A DNA stretch of 27,931 nucleotides. Source: a virus (lineage: Duplodnaviria > Caudoviricetes). The position numbers were made by a program, and so were the translations under genes. Shown here in pieces: positions 1 through 8,292 of this stretch (positions are counted from its first letter, which is position 1; the number at the start of each line of letters is the position of its first letter). Below the pieces are notes generated by a model. The model was not told the origin of the DNA. It made no database searches and saw only the letters and a list, made by a program, of their open reading frames with translations. The DNA is taken from positions 1-27,931 of the IMG/VR virus record IMGVR_UViG_3300035659_001296; one strand, given 5' to 3'.

Positions 1-1199
1 CCTTCGCCGGCGGCCGTCTGATCGTCGTAGCTTCGTCCACCCCCGCCGGCCGTGTACTGCTGCGATCCCTGCGGTGAGCCCCAGAAGACCCGCTGCGATT
101 CGCCGCCCGGCCGGGCCGAGAACTGCGCCATGCTGCCAGTATCGCCCCGGGGGTAAAACATGGTGCCACCGTCCGGCAACCGGACGGTGTAGCCCCCATC
201 CCCGGCGTTGGCGGTCCGGCTGGCCTCCCGCTGGGCCTTGCGGCGCTGCCGGCGCCGCCACCACATGAATGCCCCGCCAGTCAGGACGGTAGCCGCGGCA
301 GTCGCGCCGTAGCCAGCATACCGCTGTCCTCGTGAGCCAGGACCGAATCCACCCCCACCCCCGCCCCGCGCACCACCGCTACCAATCCCAGTTGCTACGG
401 GAACAGCTGCCGGGGCCGGGATGGCTGCTGCGGCGTTCTCAACCTCTTCCGCGGCGTCTTCTTCGTCCTCTTCCTCGTCCTCGTCCTCCTCGTCGACAGC
501 GGCACCCTTTTTGGCCGCCTTAGCCAACTTCGCTCGCCTGCGAAGTTCGCGCATCCCTTCGTCAGCTAACCGACTCCCGACCGCTGTCGTGCTGACGTCA
601 GCCGACCAGTCACCGTAGGCACCCCGCATCTCTTCCAGGGCGCTGATGCTGGCCTCCAGCGTCGTGACCTTGCCCTTCTGCTGCAAAGACAGGATCTGCA
701 GAAGATGGGCCGCCCGCTGCACGAAGGACAGGATCACTCCGGGATGGGCCTTAGCGTAAGCCGCGGAGGCCTTCATCGTGTCCCGCACGGCTGGTGACTG
801 AGCTGTGGAATCCAAGGCATCGCCAACCGTCTGTAGAGTCTGCACGCCTAGACTGACGTGCCGATACTGGTTGCGAATCTTCGCCAGGTCGCCAACCAGG
901 GGCAGGGCGCTGACGCCAGACATCGAAGCCCGCTTTAGGTGCTCCCACCGCTGCTGGGGCTCGTCCACCGCTCGCATCAGGCTGACCAGCATGTTACTGA
1001 CGTCAGCGATGCCGCTCTGATCGACGAGGCCGGCGATCTCGATGATCTGCTGGATATGATCGATGGCCTGGCGAGTGGTTTGGTCTCCGGCCGCCGGCGA
1101 AGCACTGCCACTGATCCGCCGCGCAGCGAACTGCAGGGGATTGATGGATTGCGCCACGGAGGCCACGCGTGACATTTTGGTCGGATCACTGCCAGGCAT
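1..1199 (-). CDS. Probable tape measure protein, N-terminal 399 aa (runs off the left edge; absent from the ORF track)
   Basis: Manual translation from ATG at 1199 is open to the window edge: MPGSDPTKMSRVASVAQSINPLQFAARR...IIEIAGLVDQSGIADVSNMLVSLMRAVDEPQQRWEHLKRASMSGVSALPLVGDLAKI...VDEEDEDEEEDEEDAAEE...GYGATAAATVLTGGAFMWWRRRQRRK... The ORF is solid. The tape-measure call rests only on its position directly after the frameshifted chaperone. Confidence 0.6.
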   Translation of the reverse strand, partial: MPGSDPTKMSRVASVAQSINPLQFAARRISGSASPAAGDQTTRQAIDHIQQIIEIAGLVDQSGIADVSNMLVSLMRAVDEPQQRWEHLKRASMSGVSALPLVGDLAKIRNQYRHVSLGVQTLQTVGDALDSTAQSPAVRDTMKASAAYAKAHPGVILSFVQRAAHLLQILSLQQKGKVTTLEASISALEEMRGAYGDWSADVSTTAVGSRLADEGMRELRRRAKLAKAAKKGAAVDEEDEDEEEDEEDAAEEVENAAAAIPAPAAVPVATGIGSGGARGGGGGGFGPGSRGQRYAGYGATAAATVLTGGAFMWWRRRQRRKAQREASRTANAGDGGYTVRLPDGGTMFYPRGDTGSMAQFSARPGGESQRVFWGSPQGSQQYTAGGGGRSYDDQTAAGE

Positions 1200-1204
1200 T
1201 CACA

Positions 1205-1839
1205 TCACCGCTTGTTACTCATCCGCCGGTTGGCGAGATATCGCTGATATCGGTAATGACCCTCGGCCGGGTCATCACACATGACCAGGAACCATTCGGG
1301 ATCTAAGGCGCTGTCGGCTGACGCTCGATCTCCGAAGTGATCTCCGAAGGTGGCGTCGACTGCATGCCGAACGTGATTGGCATGTCGCAAGTGGGCTCGG
1401 AATCGGTTGAGCCAAAGTCCGACATAGCGGGGGTAGTCGTTTCGCTCGAGTCTGTCCAGGTCCCCGACTCCGTACTCGACGGCGCAGTCAGCGTATGCCT
1501 GATACTTTTTTTTTGATCTTCGAGCCAGAAGTAGAAGTCCGCCAGCAGCCCGAGTTGCTCACCAATGGTCAAGCCTGTCCGTTTGACGGGGTCGAAGGGT
1601 TGTACGTTAAACACCTCGCACACCGCCGCACAAGTGATCCGTGTCGCCTCATTATCCCCTTCGTCAATTTGCTTCAGGTGCCGGTCAGCCACGTAGCGCG
1701 GATGGCTCTGCAGCTGGAGGTGGATGTCGATTGGATCGACTCTCCGATACTGCGAACCATCCCAGAACCGATAAATCATGCGGCGCCTGTTGTAGGCCCA
1801 CCGCTGGTACGTTCTCACTCCGAACATTGGTCGCCCCAT
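1205..1839 (-). CDS. Tail assembly chaperone, -1 frameshifted long form (gpGT-like, about 211 aa)
   Basis: After CAA AAA AAA (QKK) the -1 frame is open for 100 codons: KYQAYADCAVEYGVGDLDRLERNDYPRYVGLWLNRFRAHLRHANHVRHAVDATFGDHFGDRASADSALDPEWFLVMCDDPAEGHYRYQRYLANRRMSNKR*. It includes the 1205..1390 ORF and stops 5 nt before the next ATG. Confidence 0.75.
1303..1839 (-). CDS. Tail assembly chaperone, zero-frame form (gpG-like)
   Basis: Lies between the tail-tube genes and the tape-measure-position gene. It has about 111 aa of globular-looking sequence, then a low-complexity S/T/P tail after the slippery site. An alternative ATG lies at 1827. Confidence 0.7.
   Translation of the reverse strand: MGRPMFGVRTYQRWAYNRRRMIYRFWDGSQYRRVDPIDIHLQLQSHPRYVADRHLKQIDEGDNEATRITCAAVCEVFNVQPFDPVKRTGLTIGEQLGLLADFYFWLEDQKKSIRHTLTAPSSTESGTWTDSSETTTPAMSDFGSTDSEPTCDMPITFGMQSTPPSEITSEIERQPTAP
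1505..1515 (-). other. Programmed -1 ribosomal frameshift site (C AAAAAAAAA G)
   Basis: Nine-A run on the minus strand giving an in-frame A AAA AAA heptamer at the canonical chaperone position, with a long open -1 frame behind it. Confidence 0.75.
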
Positions 1840-1851
1840 TCCTGAAAAGTA

Positions 1852-2379
1852 TTACGAGCCGCCTGTGTACTCCGTCACGTCAGTATTATGCAGGATTCCG
1901 TCGCGCGCGGTACCATCCTGACAGCGGTGACATTCAAATTGCAAGCCGACAGAAGTAAACTTCGATCCCATGCCATACGGAATCGCATCACGCAAGATGG
2001 CGCAGGGGAAATTTAGTGGACGCGTTGCGGAGTTGAGGCACAAGCGAAAGCCCTTGGCTGCCAGCATCAGCGTCCCGACTTCTGCCAAAAGGATCGTCCC
2101 CAAGGTGGCATTGACTTCCCGCCTGCGCAGTTTGTCGATCTCGGCCGCGTCCCATCGTGAGAGCTCCATGCGCACCACGCAAATCGCACCGAGCCACTGC
2201 ACTTCGATCGGAGGTCCCTGCGGACCGCCATGCCGATCGCCGGGAACATTGTGCCAGAACGCACGTTCCTCGACGTCGGTCATGTCCATCGTTTCACCCA
2301 ACTTGAACAAGTTGCCCACCGTGTTGATAAGCTGTGTGTACACGTTGACTTTACCGGCAATTTGTACGGCATCTGGCAT
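1852..2379 (-). CDS. Putative tail tube protein, paralog 2
   Basis: 175 aa with a tail-tube-like pattern (LG.t...dv..D..G..P.e....G....v...L..WD). It precedes the chaperone, has an AAGGA ribosome-binding site (RBS), and is paralogous to 2392..2922. Confidence 0.6.
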   Translation of the reverse strand: MPDAVQIAGKVNVYTQLINTVGNLFKLGETMDMTDVEERAFWHNVPGDRHGGPQGPPIEVQWLGAICVVRMELSRWDAAEIDKLRRREVNATLGTILLAEVGTLMLAAKGFRLCLNSATRPLNFPCAILRDAIPYGMGSKFTSVGLQFECHRCQDGTARDGILHNTDVTEYTGGS

Positions 2380-2391
2380 ATTCGGATTCCT

Positions 2392-2922
2392 TTAATACTC
2401 GGCTGTCGTCGCGTCGTAGAGCACGCCCTCGGCCGCCCATGAAGCGATAGTCGCGGGCATGCGATGGCATTCAAATTGCAGACCAACGCTCGTGAATTTT
2501 GACCCCATGCCATATGGGATCGCGTCTCGCAAAATAACGCAAGGAAAGTTCAACGGACGTGTCAACGTGGACAGCAACAGCCGGAAAGCTCGCGTCGCCA
2601 GCATGGCATTTCCCACGTCCGTAGCGACGATCGTGCCCAACGTCGTGCCATACACCTTGCGTTTACGCAGCTCGTCCATGACCACAGTGTCCCAGCGACT
2701 CAGTTCCACTCGCACCACGGCGATTGAACCGAGATATTGGACTTCGATCGGGGGTCCTTGGGGGCCACCGTGTCGATCGCCAGGAACGTTGTGCCAGAAC
2801 GATCGCTCCTCAATGTCGTGCATGTCCTGGGCTTCGCCCAACGTCAGCAGTTCGTTACTGCCACCGTTAACGAACTGCAACTTCAAGGTCACTTTGCCGG
2901 TTACGTTGATGGTGTCGACCAT
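2392..2922 (-). CDS. Putative tail tube protein, paralog 1
   Basis: 176 aa. Shares identical blocks FWHNVPGDRHGGPQGPPIEVQ and ILRDAIPYGMGSKFTSVGLQFECHR with 1852..2379. Confidence 0.6.
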   Translation of the reverse strand: MVDTINVTGKVTLKLQFVNGGSNELLTLGEAQDMHDIEERSFWHNVPGDRHGGPQGPPIEVQYLGSIAVVRVELSRWDTVVMDELRKRKVYGTTLGTIVATDVGNAMLATRAFRLLLSTLTRPLNFPCVILRDAIPYGMGSKFTSVGLQFECHRMPATIASWAAEGVLYDATTAEY

Positions 2923-2926
2923 GGGA

Positions 2927-3454
2927 TCAGCCTCTGTCTAAAGGATTGCGTTCGCGTACGGCTGGCACGTGTCGATTCGCCAGGCGAGCCGATAGGAAGT
3001 TGCGCGTATCGATTTCCAAGGAAGTCGGCCCGTGCAATTGCGGGGCCGTAGCTTTCAACTGTGGATCGGATGTATCGGCGAGTCCAAACACGTTGATGCC
3101 CTGCGCGAGGCGGTCGAGATACTCGTGAGCGCGTTTGCGAATTGCATCCGCCTGTGTTTCGTACAGACCCGGCCGTCGATCGAACAAGCCAGCCATAGCA
3201 ATGGTGCACACGACCTTCTTAAGGTGGGCCGTGCCGTGCGTATCCAACGCCACCAATTGAGCTGACGTGTAGCGTTGTCCGACCCGTAAACTCACGTCGA
3301 CATCTCCGCAGGCACTCACCAACGCCACTTCGACATTGGGGTGCACGAGGATGTCGTCGCGCAGCAATCGCACGCCATCGTCCGTGGCCAGTTGGCCGAT
3401 CGTCTCGATGTCGAAGCGTGCGACGAGATCTGCTGTCGTAGCGTACGTGGCCAT
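2927..3454 (-). CDS. Head-tail adaptor, Mu gp36/DUF1320-like
   Basis: N-terminal YATTADLVARFD, then ALVSACGDVDVSLRVGQRY...LKKVVCTIAMAGLFDRR...AHEYLDRLAQG. This is the gp36-family pattern, and the gene directly follows the capsid gene. Confidence 0.8.
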   Translation of the reverse strand: MATYATTADLVARFDIETIGQLATDDGVRLLRDDILVHPNVEVALVSACGDVDVSLRVGQRYTSAQLVALDTHGTAHLKKVVCTIAMAGLFDRRPGLYETQADAIRKRAHEYLDRLAQGINVFGLADTSDPQLKATAPQLHGPTSLEIDTRNFLSARLANRHVPAVRERNPLDRG

Positions 3455-3525
3455 CAGCTGCTCCCGACGGCACGAGCCGGTTTGTTGCCGACTCGTCCCG
3501 TGTTATTCCAGCACTGGACCGAGCT

Positions 3526-4596
3526 TTACTCGATCACGTTTTGGAAATAGAAGCCGCTCACTGGGGAGGTCATCACCGGTGCGTAGTCCTCGGCCACATG
3601 CCCAGAAATACGACGGTGCTTGTCCTCGGAGAACTGCTCGACCGTCATTTCTTCGTACATGAAGAGCATGGCTGTCGACCACGATGGTCCGCTCTCAACA
3701 TTCGCAACCAGTCCACCAGGCCGTGCCATCATGTAGGCGATGTCGTCCGCCATGACGTCGCTGCGAACCACTGTCGCTCCACGCACGCTGGTGACCATCA
3801 CCGTGTCTTCCACGATGATCTCGTAGCCATACAACTTGTTCGGCAAGCCGAACTCGCTGTAACGACCTTCCTGGTTGATCACTTCTTTCCAGGCGTCTTC
3901 GCTGCCCTTGATGTAGTCGCGAATCTCCTGACTCTCACCCACACGGGCAGCCGTCACGGGATTCATCACGAGCATCAAGTCCTCTTTGCGAACCACCGCC
4001 AGCGTGTCGATGCGGATCAGATTCGCCGCATAGTTGAGTGACCGTTTAATGTCACCACGCTGCGTGGTTGAGAGCTCCCACGTGCCGCTGTTTGTCAGGA
4101 TCGACGGGGTGGCGATCACGTGCGTCGAGTCCCAGTTGTTCGTGTCGAACAGCACTTGATGCACGCCACGCGTACGGGCCGTCATGGCTTGCTGGGCCTT
4201 GGTTGCAGCACCCGTAGCGAGGATGTCCCAGTCCGCTTGCTTCTGCGACTTGTAGCCGATTTGGAAGTCGAAATCGAACCGCTGAGTTCGATAGTCGAGA
4301 AAGCGAAACTGCTCCCAACCAGCATTCCGTTCCGGGCGGTCACTTCCATCTGGCCAAACATGTTCGTTGAGGTTTCCGCCAACGATGCGACCGGCTTCCT
4401 CGGCCGTGATTTGTAAGTAGAGTCCGGAGTCTTTGGTCACTTCTCGGATTTGGATATAACGGTTCAGTGGGAACTTCTTGACGTCGCGTGAATAGTGGAT
4501 CACCAGGTGACCCGTGGCTTCATGCTGACGAATATACGTGTTCGATTGACCGGGAAGTGTAAGTGTCCCGGCCGTCGACGCGAAGGATTGCGGCAT
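3526..4596 (-). CDS. Major capsid protein (HK97 fold inferred)
   Basis: 356 aa with a GGAG RBS, located between the decoration genes and the adaptor. Size and alternating hydrophobic strands (LMLVMNP, LYGYEIIVED, C-terminal SGFYFQNV) fit a major capsid protein. Confidence 0.85.
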   Translation of the reverse strand: MPQSFASTAGTLTLPGQSNTYIRQHEATGHLVIHYSRDVKKFPLNRYIQIREVTKDSGLYLQITAEEAGRIVGGNLNEHVWPDGSDRPERNAGWEQFRFLDYRTQRFDFDFQIGYKSQKQADWDILATGAATKAQQAMTARTRGVHQVLFDTNNWDSTHVIATPSILTNSGTWELSTTQRGDIKRSLNYAANLIRIDTLAVVRKEDLMLVMNPVTAARVGESQEIRDYIKGSEDAWKEVINQEGRYSEFGLPNKLYGYEIIVEDTVMVTSVRGATVVRSDVMADDIAYMMARPGGLVANVESGPSWSTAMLFMYEEMTVEQFSEDKHRRISGHVAEDYAPVMTSPVSGFYFQNVIE

Positions 4597-4644
4597 TATC
4601 TAGTCTCCAGTTCAGAAAGGAACAAACGTCTTGGTAACGGGCAC

Positions 4645-5385
4645 TTAAGCTTCCGCTGTCCAGGTGCCGGCATAGGCCACGAGGTCCCAGGTCCCGACGA
4701 CCCGACAGCGCCACGTGCAAACTTCACCCACGGCATCAGCTGACATGTACTTGCCAGCTGCCCCTTGCACACCGGTGCTTGGCAGAGCCATGGTTTCTAA
4801 GAGATTTGGGTCAACCCGCAGCTCTTGGGCCGCACCCACGCGCACGCTGACCTGGTAGCCCACGACAGCGGCTGGCAGACTCAACACCACCACGCCACCC
4901 GCGCCTACCGTCGAAATAACTTTCCCCAGGTCTTCCAGTTTGAGCGTGTAGTCCGCGGTCTTCACGAGCGTGGTTGCTGAGCGATTGCAGATCTCGTGAT
5001 CCACAATCCGCACGCGGACTTTGCCACTCGCAGCCGAGGCACCCAAGGCATAGCCCAAAATCGGGAAGCCATGCACAGCTGGCTGTGCAAAGCTACTGCC
5101 ATCCGGAGCGAGGAGATCGCCATTGACGATCGCCAGGGTGGTTGACACGTTGACTTCGCATTCCTCACCGGGTCCATAGACCCGGCAAGAGTTGCCAGCC
5201 TGCGCAGCAACATTCGTCCCGATCTCGGGAATGGGCGCGTAGATCCCGGCTTCGTGTGTCACGCCGACCGGAAACATTCCGAGCGTCGCGAGCTTGCACT
5301 GGTTGGGGTAGGCGGCGTCTTGCGCGACAATCACGCGTGGCATGACCGCAACGCCAGCGACCCAACTGTGATTCAAAGTTGGCAT
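4645..5385 (-). CDS. Capsid decoration/cement protein (DUF2190-like N-domain plus C-terminal beta domain), paralog 2
   Basis: Motif AAQAG...RVYGPGEEC...AIVNGD..APD...AQPA...LGYAL followed by KTADYTL...DLGK...LP.A..G. AGAGGTG RBS; directly upstream of the capsid gene. Confidence 0.7.
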   Translation of the reverse strand: MPTLNHSWVAGVAVMPRVIVAQDAAYPNQCKLATLGMFPVGVTHEAGIYAPIPEIGTNVAAQAGNSCRVYGPGEECEVNVSTTLAIVNGDLLAPDGSSFAQPAVHGFPILGYALGASAASGKVRVRIVDHEICNRSATTLVKTADYTLKLEDLGKVISTVGAGGVVVLSLPAAVVGYQVSVRVGAAQELRVDPNLLETMALPSTGVQGAAGKYMSADAVGEVCTWRCRVVGTWDLVAYAGTWTAEA

Positions 5386-5447
5386 GGTTTCACCTCTTGT
5401 AAAAATGTCGTATTAAGAATCGCTGGCGGTTCAGTCAGGCGAACGGT

Positions 5448-6182
5448 TTAGGCGACAGTCCAGGTGCCGCTCTGGGCCACAATGCTCCAGTGTCCAGCGA
5501 CTTCGCAGCGGAAGGTGGCGGTCTCCCCGACGGCGTTGGCGGTCGCGTACTGGCCAGCAGTACCTGGCACGCCAGTGCCCGTGGAAATCGTCTCGCTCCC
5601 GTTCGGATCCAGTCGCAACTCTTGCACAGCTCCCACACGGGCGCTGATCTCGTATCCGACCAGGGCGACCGGCAAGGCAATCGTGACCGTGCCAACCGCA
5701 CCCACGCTGGAGATGACCTTCCCCAGGTCTTCCAGCTTGAGCGTGTAATCGGCGGTCTTCACGAGCGTGGTTTGCGAGCGATCGCAGATTTCGTGATCGA
5801 CAATCCGCACTCGCGTGCGCTCGCCAGCCACGCTCGGTCCGAGTGCGTAGCCGAGGATTGGAAAGCCGTGCACGGCCGGTTGTGCAAAGCTGTTGGCGTC
5901 CGGAGCCACCATGTCACCATTGACGATGGCTAATGTCGAAGAGGTCTTGACCTGACACTCCTCGCCCGGTCCGTAAACGCGGCAAGCATTACCTGCTTGG
6001 GCCGCGTAGTTGGTCCCGATATCGGGGATCGGCGCGTAGATTCCCGCCTCGTGAGTGACACCCACGGGGAACATTCCCAAGGTCGCGAGCTTGAGCTGAT
6101 TCGGATACGCAGCATCCTGCGCAACGATCACCGAAGGCATGACCGCCACGCCCGCAACCCAACTGTGATTCAAGGTTGGCAT
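5448..6182 (-). CDS. Capsid decoration/cement protein, paralog 1
   Basis: 244 aa, collinear and highly similar to 4645..5385 (same first 16 aa MPTLNHSWVAGVAVMP). GAGGA RBS. Confidence 0.7.
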   Translation of the reverse strand: MPTLNHSWVAGVAVMPSVIVAQDAAYPNQLKLATLGMFPVGVTHEAGIYAPIPDIGTNYAAQAGNACRVYGPGEECQVKTSSTLAIVNGDMVAPDANSFAQPAVHGFPILGYALGPSVAGERTRVRIVDHEICDRSQTTLVKTADYTLKLEDLGKVISSVGAVGTVTIALPVALVGYEISARVGAVQELRLDPNGSETISTGTGVPGTAGQYATANAVGETATFRCEVAGHWSIVAQSGTWTVA

Positions 6183-6243
6183 AGCCTAATTCCTCAAGTT
6201 GGAAACTAAATGTGGTAAAGGAACGAACGTGGCAGGCCGTCGC

Positions 6244-7221
6244 TTACTCGCGACCAGCGAGTAGCTTCTCTGCTTGCGCTTTGGCCTCATCCCAGGTGAA
6301 GCCAGGCTGCCCGGCATTGATCGCCTTGGTATGAATCGCAACTGCCGTCTTGGCCAACCGCGCGGCGTACTTGTCGTTGTGGCCTTCCCTGGCCGGACGC
6401 GAGATCTCCCCCAGTGGAATGTCGGGTCGCTCGCTGCGGCTGACCATGGCACTGCGGTGCGCGTACTTCTCCACGGTGGCCAGGTGACCCGCAAAAGCTT
6501 GTTCGCCCATCTTGGCGCCGCGTGAATACAGGGTGGCCTTGAATTCGGCATCCAGGTCGATGAAGTCGGGGTATTGACCGGCCAACCCCTGTAGAGCTGC
6601 CACGCGTTCGGCATCGCACTTTTCGCGCAACAGCTGATCCATTTGGGACGCCAGCCGACCGTGCTCCTGCACGAGCTTGTTGTGCGCGGTCTGGATCCGG
6701 GAGTACTTGGTAGCCAGGTCGCCACTCGCCACCATGGACCTCTTCTTGCTGCCCGCACGAGCGCCCAGGTAGCCAGCCGTCCCGGCAATGGTTGCTGGGT
6801 GCATGGCAATCTGAGCCGCCTTGGGGGCGATCGCTCGTCCGGCCTGAGCCAACGCGGGACCAGCCGCTCGGCCAGCTGCCATCAACGGCGCCACAAATCC
6901 CGGGCTGTTCTTCTCGGGCTTGTTGTCGTCTTCGGGTACCGGCGGCACTTCGCCACCCGTGTCCTCCGGCCCGCCCAAGTCTTCCTCGTCGGTGAACTCG
7001 TCATCGTCGACCAGCAGGTCTTGGACGTCGTTCAGGTCGCCGCCCTGCTCTTCCTCGCCGAAACCGCCACCGTCCGGTGCCGGTTCCAGACCGCCGCCTG
7101 CGTCCTCACCGCCCTCGGGACCGCCCTCGCCCTGTGCCATCAGGCTATCCAGGAACTTGAACTGCGGGGTCTCCGCCAGCGCGCTCAGTAACTGTCCGAT
7201 GTCTTCGTTGGAAAGGGGCAT
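6244..7221 (-). CDS. Free-standing scaffold-like protein (325 aa), paralog of the protease C-terminal half
   Basis: True start is likely ATG 7221 (AGGAGG RBS) rather than 7272. It has an acidic disordered linker and a coiled-coil C-terminus, and aligns with 7276..8292 (ETPQF.FL.SLM; LYSRG...GE/Q.AFA.HLATVEKYA; DKYAA.L...AV.IHT.A.NAG.PG.TWDEAKA). Confidence 0.7.
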   Translation of the reverse strand: MPLSNEDIGQLLSALAETPQFKFLDSLMAQGEGGPEGGEDAGGGLEPAPDGGGFGEEEQGGDLNDVQDLLVDDDEFTDEEDLGGPEDTGGEVPPVPEDDNKPEKNSPGFVAPLMAAGRAAGPALAQAGRAIAPKAAQIAMHPATIAGTAGYLGARAGSKKRSMVASGDLATKYSRIQTAHNKLVQEHGRLASQMDQLLREKCDAERVAALQGLAGQYPDFIDLDAEFKATLYSRGAKMGEQAFAGHLATVEKYAHRSAMVSRSERPDIPLGEISRPAREGHNDKYAARLAKTAVAIHTKAINAGQPGFTWDEAKAQAEKLLAGRE

Positions 7222-7275
7222 GGATGCTCCTCCTGTAGTGGGACCAAATGTGATGAACAAACAATCGTGCAAGCC

Positions 7276-8292
7276 TCACCGTCGCGCGCGACTGGCGAGC
7301 TGTTTCTGGGCCGCCGCTTTGGCCTCATCCCAGGTCAGCCCGGGCTTGCCGGCATTGACGGCAGTGGTGTGAATCTGCACGGCCACTCGCGAGAGTTTGG
7401 CCGCATACTTGTCTTGACTGGCATTCTGGGGCTGTCTCGAGCCAGTGCCGCGGCCACTGAGCCGGGCGTATTTCTCGACGGTTGCCAGATGGGCCGCGAA
7501 AGCCCGCTGCCCCAGCTGGGAGCCCCGGGAGTACAAACTGACCCGGCATTCCTCGTCCAGGTCCACGAACGCCGGGTAGCGATCCGCCAGTCGCCGCAGC
7601 GCCGTCAGCCGCTGTCCATCGGCCCGCCGACGGAGCAGTTTCCCAACCTGTTGGGACAGCTGTACGTGGTCCTGGGCGAGTTGGTTGTGGGCACGCTGCA
7701 ACTGCCCGTACTTGGCCGGCAAGCTACCGGTGGCGGCCAGCAGCGAATTGCGGCCTGATTTGCCGAGCATATAGCCACCCGTAGCGCCCCAGGTCGCCGG
7801 ATGGTTGGCAACCTTCATGGCGGTACCCCAACTTCCACCGCCACCACCTGCTGCTGCCGCTTTCGGTAATGGCGGTGCTCCAGCCGTGCGAATGGTTGGT
7901 GCTCCAAAAGCTTTCGCGGTCACCGGATTCGCTGTGCTGCCGAGGGCCGCCTTGCCGGCGCCACTCGCCGCGGCACCCCTGGCAGCAGTTCCGGCCGCGG
8001 CTGTACCCGCTGTCCGAGCTGCTGCGCCACCCAAAGCCGCGGCCGTCCCGCCAGCGGCAGCAGCAGTACCACCAGCAGCGGCAGTGCCGCCAGCCGCAGC
8101 ACCAGCAGCACCAATAACCGCCGGAATAGCCGGCAACACATTCTTCTCGGGCTGCTCACCCGGGGCAGCCACCGGCGGACCATCGTCGTCGCAGCCACCT
8201 TGCTGGCCCATCAAGCTCGACAGAAACTGGAACTGCGGCGTCTCAGAGATGGCCGATATCAACTGCTGAAGATCTTCCGGGGCGAACGACAT
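7276..8292 (-). CDS. Putative nested in-frame scaffold (Mu gpZ-like internal start)
   Basis: Internal ATG 8292 is preceded by ACAGGAG. MSFAPEDLQQLISAISETPQFQFLSSLM aligns from residue 1 with the paralog's MPLSNEDIGQLLSALAETPQFKFLDSLM. Confidence 0.6.
   Translation of the reverse strand: MSFAPEDLQQLISAISETPQFQFLSSLMGQQGGCDDDGPPVAAPGEQPEKNVLPAIPAVIGAAGAAAGGTAAAGGTAAAAGGTAAALGGAAARTAGTAAAGTAARGAAASGAGKAALGSTANPVTAKAFGAPTIRTAGAPPLPKAAAAGGGGGSWGTAMKVANHPATWGATGGYMLGKSGRNSLLAATGSLPAKYGQLQRAHNQLAQDHVQLSQQVGKLLRRRADGQRLTALRRLADRYPAFVDLDEECRVSLYSRGSQLGQRAFAAHLATVEKYARLSGRGTGSRQPQNASQDKYAAKLSRVAVQIHTTAVNAGKPGLTWDEAKAAAQKQLASRARR

Noticed and set aside
1852-6182. Paralog pairs as template/variable repeats of a diversity-generating retroelement
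   Set aside because: Both copies are full-length genes, the differences I inspected are not adenine-specific, and no reverse transcriptase is visible in the window.
7222-7272. N-terminal extension of the scaffold paralog
   Set aside because: A strong AGGAGG precedes ATG 7221, and paralog alignment starts there.
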